A DNA stretch of 64,000 nt from a virus, in the IMG/VR virus record IMGVR_UViG_3300014839_000005, positions 32,001 through 96,000 of that record, one strand, 5' to 3'. A program made the position numbers and the translations under genes. The notes beneath the pieces were generated by a model that had not been told where the DNA came from, searched no databases, and saw only the letters and a list, made by a program, of their open reading frames with translations. Below are positions 45,761-55,225 of the stretch, in pieces. Every line of letters starts with the position of its first letter. Within the stretch, counting starts at the first letter, position 1.

Positions 45761-46255
45761 ATGCCATTACCATTATCTCAAATCGGCGGAGCTGTTAAAA
45801 GTTTTGTAAAACCAATTGGTCAAGCTTTTCAGGGATTGGGTGGAGGACAGAAAGCAGCTATTGGTTTAACTGGCGGACTTCTTGCTGGAAAAGCTTTAAG
45901 CGGGGGGCAAAGAAATACTACTATTAACAAATTATCATTTGATGAAATTTCTGAGAATGCATTTAAAGATGAACTTCAGAAAATAGCTAAGAAAACTCAT
46001 CCAGTTTCTAAGAGCCAAGAACGTTGGGCTTTTGCCGCTGAAGAACGCGGGGAACTTCCTAAAGGGAAAGCAGAAAAATGGGCAAAGAGAGCAAAGGGTA
46101 AACATCTGCCCGAAAAAACCGCGTCTGATGAAATTACTGATAAAGCTTTCATTGAAGAGTTAAATAAATTGGCATCTGAAAAAGGGTTGAAAAAGCTTAT
46201 TAAAAAAATTCATAAAACACATCCAGAAGCTTTTGCAGGAATTGGTGCAAAATGA
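45761..46255 (+). CDS. Protein with two internal KIA motifs
   Basis: EISENAFKDELQKIA and EITDKAFIEELNKLA. Confidence 0.75.
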   Translation: MPLPLSQIGGAVKSFVKPIGQAFQGLGGGQKAAIGLTGGLLAGKALSGGQRNTTINKLSFDEISENAFKDELQKIAKKTHPVSKSQERWAFAAEERGELPKGKAEKWAKRAKGKHLPEKTASDEITDKAFIEELNKLASEKGLKKLIKKIHKTHPEAFAGIGAK

Positions 46256-46524
46256 TTAACCTTGAAAAAATAGTTCAAGATGCTTTTATAGATGAACTTC
46301 AAAAACTTTCTAATGAAGAATCTCAACTTGAGCGAGGCATTGAGGTTGAAAAAGAACATTTGCCTACAGTGAAAAAAATACAGGCTAGTATTAAAGATGG
46401 TAAAATTACAATGCCTCATAAAAAGATATATGAATCTATTGCTGAAGATCATTTAAATGAGGAAGATAACCCAAAACGAAAACAGTATTATACATTACTT
46501 AAAAAATTTGTAGATCCAAGTTAA
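46252..46524 (+). CDS. KIA-leader protein with a GIxVExEH...IAxDHL...YY module (DUF5661-like, from memory)
   Basis: MINLEKIVQDAFIDELQKLS; RGIEVEKEHL, IAEDHL, QYYTLL. Confidence 0.7.
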   Translation: MINLEKIVQDAFIDELQKLSNEESQLERGIEVEKEHLPTVKKIQASIKDGKITMPHKKIYESIAEDHLNEEDNPKRKQYYTLLKKFVDPS

Positions 46525-46545
46525 TAAATATTTTAGAAAATTAAA

Positions 46546-48417
46546 ATGATTAAATATTTTGAATTTGATTCTATTGATGAGTATGGTCAACATATCATAC
46601 CCATTAATCCCGAATCACCACTTACTAAATTAGCTTCTCCTGGCTATTCTCCAGAGCTTATGAAAGTAATCATAGCTATGAAGAGGGTTCCAGAATATTA
46701 TTATGTTGTAATCAATGCTCTTGGTTCATATGAGGTTTGGGGAAGCAACCGTAATGGAGATGCCTTTCCTGAAAAAGGATTAAGGCATCTTTCGTTACGG
46801 AGTGATATGGGAACGGATCAGGATTATGGATATAAAACTTTTGAATATTATGCAAAATTATTTAAGCATCATGTTAATAAAGATCCTAAAAATTCTTTTG
46901 GCGATATCATTTTTTCCCATTGGAATGATAAGCTTAAAAGAGTTGAACTTATAGTTGGTATTGATAGAGTTAAAGGCGGTGATATTATAGCGGCTCTTGA
47001 AAATGGTGATAATGTCAGTGTATCAATGGGAGCAAAAGTAAAATTTGATAGATGTAATATTTGTGACAATAAATCCTCTACAAGAGAAGCGTATTGTAAA
47101 CATTTAAAGAATTATTTAAGAGCCCTTGTCACTGACGATCTTGCGAGACAATGGTCAAGAGAGACTGGAAAACTCATTCTCCCTGGTACAGTTGTTTTTG
47201 CTATTAATGATTTTCCAAGATTTTTTGATATTAGCAAGGTATGGATTGGGGCGGATAGAACGTCTTATATATTAGGAAAAGCAGCTTCCAGATGTGCAGT
47301 AATATCAGGTATAGATATGGCAGATTCCTTTGGAATTACAGATATAATGATTGATAAATTATCAGCTTTTGGAAAGAAAAGTGAAATAGATAAAGAACTT
47401 GGTGGAGATGCTTTAAGTAATGATAAGTCCAAGGACGGTGAAATTGTCGCTATTCCCAAATCTGATGCATTAAAAAAAGCTATTGACGCTACAATGCAAA
47501 GAACTATAGCTGAAGAACCAAGAATACCAAATTCTATTCTTGATCCCATTGCTTCCACTTTTCCGCTAAACAATATATTCTCTACTTTATTCGGCCTTGG
47601 TATTCATCCTAAGCCAGTAGAAACTCAAAGAATTATTATTATAGCAATTAAACGCCCTGATATAGCAAATTATTTAGATCAAAATAATATGTGTTTTGAT
47701 AGTCAGGAGCCTGTAGAACAATCCGCAGATATTGATATTAATGATAAATTATTTAATGATGTTATTGCAAGAGCATTAATGCCGTATATTGAAAAAAGAA
47801 GTGCCTTTCCTACTTTCTTAGATGCAAGGATGCAAAAAACTCTTGAAAAATATGCTGAGTCAAATGGAATTGAAAGTGTTATTAATAATAATGATTATTG
47901 GTTGCAACAAGGTCCTGGAACTGGGTCTCTTATACAAACATCAAAATTACCTGTTGAATTAGCAGCTCTTGGTGGATTAGCGGCTATTTATGCTGGGTTA
48001 AAATTAAAAGCTGCCGGATATAGCCCTAAAAGAGTTGCAGAAATTTTCATTAATAAACCATGGCTTCGAAATATAATTGGAGGAGGAGTAATGGTTGAAT
48101 TAATGAATCGAATGATTGGTAATGCAGCAAGATTAGATCCATATATTACAAGACCAGCCAATGAATATGAAGATATTTTACAAGATACAAATTTTTCTGG
48201 TCATATACAAAAATACGCTTCAATGGCTAATGCTTTAGGGCTTGGCATTGGTGCTGGTGCAGTAATACTTCCAAGTGCCTATATGATAAATTCGTATAGT
48301 CAAAAATCACTTGTTCCTCCTAAAAGAACTGCCGCTGTTGGGGGAACACTTACTGCATTAGGAACATTAGGATATGATGAAATAAATAAAGCTATTACAA
48401 AAGCTAAAAGATATTAA
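46546..48417 (+). CDS. Putative prohead maturation protease
   Basis: First gene of the head module; SNRNGDAF, FKHHVN, VSMGAKVKFDRCNIC, FDISKVWIGAD resemble phage head-protease patterns. Confidence 0.6.
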   Translation: MIKYFEFDSIDEYGQHIIPINPESPLTKLASPGYSPELMKVIIAMKRVPEYYYVVINALGSYEVWGSNRNGDAFPEKGLRHLSLRSDMGTDQDYGYKTFEYYAKLFKHHVNKDPKNSFGDIIFSHWNDKLKRVELIVGIDRVKGGDIIAALENGDNVSVSMGAKVKFDRCNICDNKSSTREAYCKHLKNYLRALVTDDLARQWSRETGKLILPGTVVFAINDFPRFFDISKVWIGADRTSYILGKAASRCAVISGIDMADSFGITDIMIDKLSAFGKKSEIDKELGGDALSNDKSKDGEIVAIPKSDALKKAIDATMQRTIAEEPRIPNSILDPIASTFPLNNIFSTLFGLGIHPKPVETQRIIIIAIKRPDIANYLDQNNMCFDSQEPVEQSADIDINDKLFNDVIARALMPYIEKRSAFPTFLDARMQKTLEKYAESNGIESVINNNDYWLQQGPGTGSLIQTSKLPVELAALGGLAAIYAGLKLKAAGYSPKRVAEIFINKPWLRNIIGGGVMVELMNRMIGNAARLDPYITRPANEYEDILQDTNFSGHIQKYASMANALGLGIGAGAVILPSAYMINSYSQKSLVPPKRTAAVGGTLTALGTLGYDEINKAITKAKRY

Positions 48418-48583
48418 ATAATTTATTTTATTCTGTACAAATTATGAGATTAATGATAAAATTTAATAGTAAAAGAAGATAATTTGCTTTTTTTATCTTA
48501 TAGATATTATATTAATTATGTATATATTTGACAGATAGAACGTTAACCAGTCTGTTTCGTTTCACAATATATGGAGGTTTCAA

Positions 48584-49480
48584 ATGCCTAAGTCATCTTT
48601 TGAAGATCACATGAGGATTGTAGAAGGTTCGCACACCAAAACGGCGAGTGCAAAAACAGTTACGCCAAGTCTTCTGGACAAACTTGCAGCTGAGATGGCT
48701 GGTGGTGCGGTTGATTCCACCGCAAAAGCTGCAGTTCCAGATCAGTCAACAGTTGCCGAAGCTGCTCCAGCCGTTGTGGCAGCGACAGAAGCTATTGCTG
48801 TTCCGCAGACAACTATTGCGGGTGGAAATGAAGCTGAGAAGGAAAAAGGGATGATGCCGGCTCCTTCTAAACCTGCTGTTTTTGTTATCGGTGATGGTGA
48901 TAAGAAAGTTACTGATGCTCAGAATTTCAGCAAAGAACCAGCTGCCGTTGCTGAGGCGGCAAAAAATACTGGTGGGTCAGAAAAAACATCTTCTGACAAA
49001 GAGGCTGAAGAGATTGGCCGTACAATGGCTCATTCTTATGTTACTGAAATGCGCAAAATTGCTGTTGATGAACAGTATGATACGGCTGTTGGAATTCTTA
49101 AAGAGGCTGGACTTCTTGATAATTATAAAGTCGATGAATCGCTTGAAAAGAAAGCCTCCGATGAGCCATCCGCCCTTGATAAGATTGCAAACAAGCAGCC
49201 TTTGACAAGGGAAGATATGGTAAAAGCAGCTAATGAATATGTTGAATTATCAAAACAGGCTGAAGAGGCGGATGCTTTTGGCCGTCAGAAAGCCCATGAG
49301 TATTTTGATTCTCTTGTAAAACAAGCTGCTGAGGAAATGGAATCTGAAGAGGAAAAAGACGAGGAAGAGAAAAAGGGAAAGAAAAAAGCTGAAAAAGAAG
49401 AGGGTGAAAAAACAGCCTCTGACGAATCTATTGAAAAAGCAGTTGCAGTTCTTGTAAAAGCTGGAATCGTTCAGGCCTAA
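48584..49480 (+). CDS. Putative capsid scaffolding protein
   Basis: Ala/Glu/Lys-rich with more than 8 K-x-A/S motifs; lies between protease and capsid. Confidence 0.6.
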   Translation: MPKSSFEDHMRIVEGSHTKTASAKTVTPSLLDKLAAEMAGGAVDSTAKAAVPDQSTVAEAAPAVVAATEAIAVPQTTIAGGNEAEKEKGMMPAPSKPAVFVIGDGDKKVTDAQNFSKEPAAVAEAAKNTGGSEKTSSDKEAEEIGRTMAHSYVTEMRKIAVDEQYDTAVGILKEAGLLDNYKVDESLEKKASDEPSALDKIANKQPLTREDMVKAANEYVELSKQAEEADAFGRQKAHEYFDSLVKQAAEEMESEEEKDEEEKKGKKKAEKEEGEKTASDESIEKAVAVLVKAGIVQA

Positions 49481-49516
49481 TTTTTTTACCCATTATCAGG
49501 GAAAAGGTTTGGCTAA

Positions 49517-50017
49517 ATGACTCCAACTGTAGAACAGTTGATTAGAGAAGCGGCTGGATTAAATGCTCAAAACATTGAGAAGGCCGCTTCTTCTAAAATT
49601 GATAAAACTGAAGCGAAAAAAATTTCGCAAGGATTGATGAAGGTAGCTTCTTTACCATATAAGGAAGCATCTTACAATTCAATCCAAGAAATAATGAAAA
49701 TTGCGTCGACATCTCTTGATTCTTTACTTAATGAGTTAGAAGAAAGAGATAAAAGAATTAATCAATTAAGTAAAATCGCTGAAGTTAGAGAAGTTATTGA
49801 TTCAATGATTGATAGGAGGTTGATTGAGTATCCTGGCATTCAAGAAAAAACAGCAGAACTTCTCAAAAAAAGCGATCATGAATTAGAAATTATTAAAGAA
49901 GCAATAGCTCTTGGAAGCGTTACTTCAAAAAATATATTCTTCGAAGAGAGCGAAAAAATAGCATCAGAGACTCCTGCAAAACGCGGCATATTCGATGGAG
50001 TCGAAGGTTTAGCTTAA
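49517..50017 (+). CDS. Coiled-coil head-assembly protein with K-x-A/S motifs
   Basis: IEKAAS, MKVAS, MKIAS, EKIAS. Confidence 0.6.
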   Translation: MTPTVEQLIREAAGLNAQNIEKAASSKIDKTEAKKISQGLMKVASLPYKEASYNSIQEIMKIASTSLDSLLNELEERDKRINQLSKIAEVREVIDSMIDRRLIEYPGIQEKTAELLKKSDHELEIIKEAIALGSVTSKNIFFEESEKIASETPAKRGIFDGVEGLA

Positions 50018-50035
50018 TTAAAAAGGAGAATTACT

Positions 50036-50479
50036 ATGTTAGATATTCGAACCCCCTTAAGCAGGGTTGTTAGGGTAACAAGAAAGATTGATATAGGCAA
50101 TTTAGTTGCGGTTCCTGGCGTTTGGGTTGGTATTGATAATGATGGAAAAGCCTATAATGTCGTAACCCCGACAGTTCCTGCCGTTTGCAAACTTGTTATT
50201 GGTTATGCTTCTGCTAATATGTATGAAAGTAATGATGTAAAGGTTGGAAGAATTACGACTCTTGAAAGTATCGGTTGTAGATTTGGTGTTGATTCCGATG
50301 GTTTCAGTGAAGTTGCTGCTGCTGGTAATTATCTTTCTGTTGATGCTTCGTCAACACCAAAAGCTGGAAAGCTTAAAGTTGCTGACTCTGGTGAAACAAT
50401 TGTTGCTGTCGCGGAAGGATATGATGGAGCAACAGGAATTTTGACTTTTACAATCTGTTGCCCAAGTATCATGCCTTAA
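50036..50479 (+). CDS. Putative head decoration protein, paralog 1
   Basis: Directly upstream of the capsid gene; YESNDVKVGRITTLE shared by three paralogs. Confidence 0.65.
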   Translation: MLDIRTPLSRVVRVTRKIDIGNLVAVPGVWVGIDNDGKAYNVVTPTVPAVCKLVIGYASANMYESNDVKVGRITTLESIGCRFGVDSDGFSEVAAAGNYLSVDASSTPKAGKLKVADSGETIVAVAEGYDGATGILTFTICCPSIMP

Positions 50480-50520
50480 TATTGAATTATTTAATGTTAA
50501 CATTAAAATAGGAGAGAACC

Positions 50521-51027
50521 ATGTTAGATATCAAAACCCCGCTTAGCAAATGCACTCGCGTTTCCAGGAAAATTTTTGATCTTTCTACGTTTACCGCTCT
50601 TCCTGGAATATGGCTCAAAGTAAATAATGATGGTTCCGTACAGAATGTCGGAACAAGTTCAAATCCTGCAGTAGCGAAACTCTGCATTGGAAGTTGCACT
50701 GACAATATCTATGAGAGTCATGATGTTGAAGTTGGTAGGATTACAACTCTTGAAACTATCGGCGTCAGATATGCTGTTGATGCTGATGGTTATAATGGTG
50801 CCACTTTCTATCCTGGTGAATATCTTGCTGTTGATTCTGCTTCTACTTTTGAGGGGAAGCTTTCAATGGCAGCGAATGGCGAGACAGTTGTTGCAGTTGT
50901 TGAGGGTTGGGATGGAATTAATGGTCTTCTGACCGTTATCACAGTTGATCCATCCATTATGCCGTCGGTAACGCAGACGACTACCACTACAACGACGACA
51001 ACGACAACTACAACGCCGGCTCCATAA
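50521..51027 (+). CDS. Putative head decoration protein, paralog 2, with a poly-Thr tail
   Basis: YESHDVEVGRITTLE; ends QTTTTTTTTTTTTTPAP. Confidence 0.65.
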   Translation: MLDIKTPLSKCTRVSRKIFDLSTFTALPGIWLKVNNDGSVQNVGTSSNPAVAKLCIGSCTDNIYESHDVEVGRITTLETIGVRYAVDADGYNGATFYPGEYLAVDSASTFEGKLSMAANGETVVAVVEGWDGINGLLTVITVDPSIMPSVTQTTTTTTTTTTTTTPAP

Positions 51028-51047
51028 TAAAAAAGAAGGAGTGATAA

Positions 51048-51749
51048 ATGTTAAATATTTTAACATTGCTAAATAAAACCGTTAGGGTCACAAGACAAGT
51101 GAATCTTAGTGGTTTTACAATTGAACCTGGAATGTGGGTTCAAGTTGACAATGACGGCGTTGTCTCCAATATTACGACTGGAACCGCTCCTGCAACTGCA
51201 AAATTATGTATTACTCCAGTTACTGGAAATACATATGAAAGTCATGATGTCAAAGTCGGTCATATTACGACGATGGAAACAATTGGTTGCAGATATGAAG
51301 TGAGTAATGTTGGTTTTACTGGCGGATATTTAAGCAAAGGTGCTTATCTTACAGTTGATACTACTGCTGGGAATAAAGGAAAATTGAGATATGCTCTTGG
51401 TGGAGAACGTGTAGTTGCTGTTGTGGAAAAATATGATTCTGGTGCTGGACTTTTAACTTGTATGATTGTTTCCCCTATTCTTAAGGGAGCGCAATCAAGT
51501 CCGTCAGCATCTGAAAGTCCATCAGCTTCTACCAGTCCTAGTAGTTCAACAAGCGCCTCTGTAAGTCCGTCAGCATCTACTAGCCCTAGCAGTTCAGCTA
51601 GTGCGTCTGTCAGTCCGTCGGCGTCTACAAGTCCAAGTAGTTCAACTAGTGCTTCTGTCAGTCCGTCGGCGTCTAAAAGTCCTAGCAGTTCAGCAAGTAG
51701 GTCTATAAGTCCGTCGGGTTCTGTAAGTCCTAGTGCAAGTGCATCGTAA
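51048..51749 (+). CDS. Putative head decoration protein, paralog 3, with a Ser/Pro/Ala repeat tail
   Basis: YESHDVKVGHITTME; C-terminal SPSASTSPSSSxSASV repeats. Confidence 0.65.
   Translation: MLNILTLLNKTVRVTRQVNLSGFTIEPGMWVQVDNDGVVSNITTGTAPATAKLCITPVTGNTYESHDVKVGHITTMETIGCRYEVSNVGFTGGYLSKGAYLTVDTTAGNKGKLRYALGGERVVAVVEKYDSGAGLLTCMIVSPILKGAQSSPSASESPSASTSPSSSTSASVSPSASTSPSSSASASVSPSASTSPSSSTSASVSPSASKSPSSSASRSISPSGSVSPSASAS
51499..51746 (+). repeat. Coding tandem repeat, about four 48-nt units (SPSASTSPSSSxSASV)
   Basis: AGTCCGTC(A/G)GC(A/G)TCT recurs with synonymous variation. Confidence 0.85.
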
Positions 51750-51830
51750 GGTTTATGGGGTTGAGCCTTAATCAACCCCAAGTATTATAACTGTTACTAA
51801 ACTTATTCAAATTATTCAAGGAGTCTTATT

Positions 51831-52850
51831 ATGATTAACGACATCAGTGTAACCCAGTTTAACGAGTCCTTCCTTGAAAAGGTTGCGACAGTTGCTGGTC
51901 AAGCTGAACTCCAAGAGTCTGGTCGTCAGTATGTGAAGACAGAACTCATGGAAGCAGCGTTTTCAAGGGCTATTATTCCACAGGAGCCGATCACAACGGC
52001 AGATTGTCAGCGTAACGTCAAAGACAATTCTCTGTATATCATCAGGGATATCGAACCTACAGCATATGCTGTTGGTGTAGATAATCTTGGTGAGCCGGAC
52101 GGCCAGTATGTAAAGGGCGAAAGGTATATCATACCTATCGTCAATTTCGTGACAAAGCGTTTCCAGATTACGGTTGAAGACCTCAGGGCTTATCAGTATA
52201 AGATCACGAAGAGGATCGAAGATAAGTCAGTTCCTGTTCTTGAGAAGTTGGAAGATAAGTTCTTCCTCCGCCTTATGGGTGCTGCTCTCAGCATTTCCAA
52301 AAAAGGCGTAAAGTATACTGGTTCGCCAACAGTTGATCTTTATATTGCGCACGGCGATATGGTCAAACTGAAGAATACATTGGCTTCTGGTATCAATGCC
52401 AATGATCCAAAGCGCAAAGAGGTTGCCTGTGTTCTGATGTGTCAGGAAGTATGGGAAACTGTTGTTGTTCTGCCAAACGTCGGTGATGACTTTGGTAAGG
52501 ACCGTGTGCTGAATGGCATCACGTCGGATACTCTCCATGGAACGAAAGTGGTTCGCACGATCAAGAGTGATATCCTTCCTATGGGTCATCTCTGGGCGTT
52601 TACGAATCCTGATTTCCTTGGTCACAACTTCGCATTAGGCGATCCTTCTTTTGAGATCAAGTCGACTTTCGGTCTCATTGAATGGCAGACAAAGGAATCT
52701 ATTGGTATGGGTATCGGTAATGCGATGTCTTCGACGCTTCTGACTCTTAAGGGCTCGAAGGCTCCTGGAACATCGACGAATCTTGAGATTTCTGCAGATG
52801 GTACAATTGATGCGGATATCTCGACATATTATGCTTCGTTGACGGTGTAA
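51831..52850 (+). CDS. Major capsid protein (putative)
   Basis: 339 aa, last gene of the protease-scaffold-decoration block, followed by a strong terminator; N-terminal FNESFLEKVA. Confidence 0.75.
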   Translation: MINDISVTQFNESFLEKVATVAGQAELQESGRQYVKTELMEAAFSRAIIPQEPITTADCQRNVKDNSLYIIRDIEPTAYAVGVDNLGEPDGQYVKGERYIIPIVNFVTKRFQITVEDLRAYQYKITKRIEDKSVPVLEKLEDKFFLRLMGAALSISKKGVKYTGSPTVDLYIAHGDMVKLKNTLASGINANDPKRKEVACVLMCQEVWETVVVLPNVGDDFGKDRVLNGITSDTLHGTKVVRTIKSDILPMGHLWAFTNPDFLGHNFALGDPSFEIKSTFGLIEWQTKESIGMGIGNAMSSTLLTLKGSKAPGTSTNLEISADGTIDADISTYYASLTV

Positions 52851-52875
52851 GTCTCCTTTGGTGGATGGTGATGGG

Positions 52876-52910
52876 AAAGGCCTGGCCTGACAAACGGGCT
52901 GGGCCTTTTT
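52876..52910 (+). terminator. Intrinsic terminator after the capsid gene
   Basis: AGGCCTGGCCTG-acaaa-CGGGCTGGGCCT then TTTT. Confidence 0.85.
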
Positions 52911-52928
52911 AGCTTAAAGGTAAAATGA

Positions 52929-53228
52929 ATGTTATATAAAAATATTTCAGATACTCCAGTTTGGATACTGTGCAATAGCATGAAGACCTTGGTATGTCCT
53001 GGGGAAGTTATTAATTTAAGTATTCCTGATATTAATCATTCAGGATCAACAATGAGATTTTTTGAATCTCTTGCTAAACATCAGGTTGTAAAAACAAATG
53101 GATGGGATATGGCGGAGAAATTAAAAAAAGATCCCATTGCTCAAAAAATCAATGATGAAAATATGCCTGAATTAACGATAGAAAAAAATTTACTTTCTGA
53201 TAAAGCTTCAATAAATGAGGGTAAATAA
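52929..53228 (+). CDS. Hypothetical protein
   Basis: ORF track. Confidence 0.6.
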   Translation: MLYKNISDTPVWILCNSMKTLVCPGEVINLSIPDINHSGSTMRFFESLAKHQVVKTNGWDMAEKLKKDPIAQKINDENMPELTIEKNLLSDKASINEGK

Positions 53229-53230
53229 TT

Positions 53231-53716
53231 ATGGCTATATTAACTGAAGCTGATTATATTTCTGCTTTAAGAGATTTTATTAAAGATTATGCTGAACTAA
53301 ATAGACTATTAAAATTTCGTGAAGAAAATAAAGGAAATTTAATAAGTCTATATTTAAATATGGCTTTGGGGTTTTTAAATTCAATTCCTCCATTAATTGC
53401 ATCTTTTGATTTTTCAACATTTCCAATACCGAGTTTATTACTTCATCAAAGTGCAATAGAGGCCTTAATATCAAATGGAATATGCCAGGCGAGAAATGAC
53501 CTTACTTATAACAATGGCGGTATTACAGTTAAAATAAGTGATAAAGAACGTTATTTACAGTTTATACAATTATTAACTAGAATAGCTGACAGCGAAATTA
53601 ATAATTTTAAACAAATGAAAGTTAGCATTAATATTGATAATGCTTGGGGTGGAGTTTCAAGTCCTTACAACACAATACATGGTAATTTGCCTATTAAGCC
53701 GAATAGCATCTTATAG
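53231..53716 (+). CDS. Putative head-tail connector/neck protein
   Basis: Position after the capsid gene; size; helical with YNNGGITV. Confidence 0.5.
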   Translation: MAILTEADYISALRDFIKDYAELNRLLKFREENKGNLISLYLNMALGFLNSIPPLIASFDFSTFPIPSLLLHQSAIEALISNGICQARNDLTYNNGGITVKISDKERYLQFIQLLTRIADSEINNFKQMKVSINIDNAWGGVSSPYNTIHGNLPIKPNSIL

Positions 53717-53746
53717 TTCAATGACTTACAAAAGGAGTTATGTTTT

Positions 53747-54490
53747 ATGAAAAAAGATGAATTACTTAAAATGGCTAAAGAGAACAAGGAAGTTGCTGAC
53801 GCTATCATTTTTCTCACAAAATCAGCTCAAGCTGCAACAAATTTTGATGAATCAGTTCCAGCGGTTGGTGGTGCTGCTGAGCAACAGGGCACTGGCGCTG
53901 CCCCAATAGGACAGGCAGCCCCAGTACAGGCTCCTGCCGGCGCTGCAGCCGTCCCAGCTGACCAACAGGCACTTCAAATGGCTGGTGGTGGACAACCGGC
54001 TGTCGACCCCGCTGCAGAAGGTGCTAAGGCCGCTCAGGCTTTCCTAGCCCCTGCATTTCAGGCAGCTGCTCAAGGTGACGCTAACGCACAGCAAACTATT
54101 GCTTTGGCGGCTGGACAGATTGCCAGGGGTGTTGCGGAGGCTGCTAATGAAGCTTCTGGTGGAGGTGGAGGTCAAATACCGCCTGAAGCAGCTGCGGGTG
54201 CTCCAGGCGCTCCAGCAGCCCCAGCAGTACCAGCAACACCTGAATCTCAGGTTGCTGATCAAATAGTAGCTTCTCCTGTTCAGGCTAAAGCAAATGCTAC
54301 TCCAGAAGGTGAGCAGGGCGCAGAAGAGCAAAAAGCTGAAGGAGAAGGTGATGGAGCTGCTGAAGCAAAAGATAAAGATAAAAAAGAAAAAGACAAAAAG
54401 AAACCACCATTTGAAAAGAAATCAGAATTAATGTTCAGCGCTGACACTGTTCGTGGATTAATTCAACTGTCAAAGGCTGGAATTATTTAA
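53747..54490 (+). CDS. Ala/Pro/Gln-rich low-complexity protein
   Basis: Composition; GC-rich coding. Confidence 0.7.
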   Translation: MKKDELLKMAKENKEVADAIIFLTKSAQAATNFDESVPAVGGAAEQQGTGAAPIGQAAPVQAPAGAAAVPADQQALQMAGGGQPAVDPAAEGAKAAQAFLAPAFQAAAQGDANAQQTIALAAGQIARGVAEAANEASGGGGGQIPPEAAAGAPGAPAAPAVPATPESQVADQIVASPVQAKANATPEGEQGAEEQKAEGEGDGAAEAKDKDKKEKDKKKPPFEKKSELMFSADTVRGLIQLSKAGII

Positions 54491-54515
54491 TTCTGTTCTT
54501 TATTTTGTCTTAAAC

Positions 54516-54542
54516 AAAGGGCGGAAACAACCGCCCTTTTTT
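54516..54542 (+). terminator. Intrinsic terminator
   Basis: AAAGGGCGG/CCGCCCTTT then TTT. Confidence 0.85.
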
Positions 54543-54552
54543 AATATAATGG

Positions 54553-55203
54553 TTGGGTAATTATGTAAATTTAGCTATATTTTATATGATGGAGATAAAT
54601 TTTATAATTACGTGTTTTAATAAAGAGCAATATTGGCCTTATCTGCGTACTATATTAAATTCATATATAAAGATCCAACCTCATATCGCATATTGTTACA
54701 ATGGAAAAAATGAAAAAGAAATATGTGATTTTAAATGTGAAAATAGAGGACAATCTCCAGGCGATGCTGACTTAATTATTGGAGGATATAGATTATTAAA
54801 GAATAATGGTATTAAAAAATGGATAAAATTAAGTGTTGATAGTTGGTTATTAAATGAAGATATAATATTAGATATATTTAATAATATGGAAAAAAAAAAT
54901 ATGTGGTATGGTGGGGCTACATGGGTTCATTCTAACCATATGGCAACAGATATAATTTTTGCAACTACTGAATTATTAGAAGAATTTTGCAATTCAATGA
55001 AAGAATTTAATAAGAATATCAACATGCCACTTGAACAACACATGTATAAAATAGTAACAAAAAGAAAATATTATTTAATTCCAGGAAGGCATCCCGTTCC
55101 CTATGGATCAGAAGGAACACGACATATTGCTAACTCTCTTGGATGGACAATGCAGCATAAATTAGAAGATAATATCGCCTTTATGAATAACTATCATCAA
55201 TGA
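54553..55203 (+). CDS. Glycosyltransferase-like protein (start probably near 54586)
   Basis: GT-A-like N-terminal strand FIITCFNK; SVDSW; position in the GT cluster. Confidence 0.5.
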   Translation: MGNYVNLAIFYMMEINFIITCFNKEQYWPYLRTILNSYIKIQPHIAYCYNGKNEKEICDFKCENRGQSPGDADLIIGGYRLLKNNGIKKWIKLSVDSWLLNEDIILDIFNNMEKKNMWYGGATWVHSNHMATDIIFATTELLEEFCNSMKEFNKNINMPLEQHMYKIVTKRKYYLIPGRHPVPYGSEGTRHIANSLGWTMQHKLEDNIAFMNNYHQ

Positions 55204-55225
55204 CCTTAACATTAAGGATACTTTC

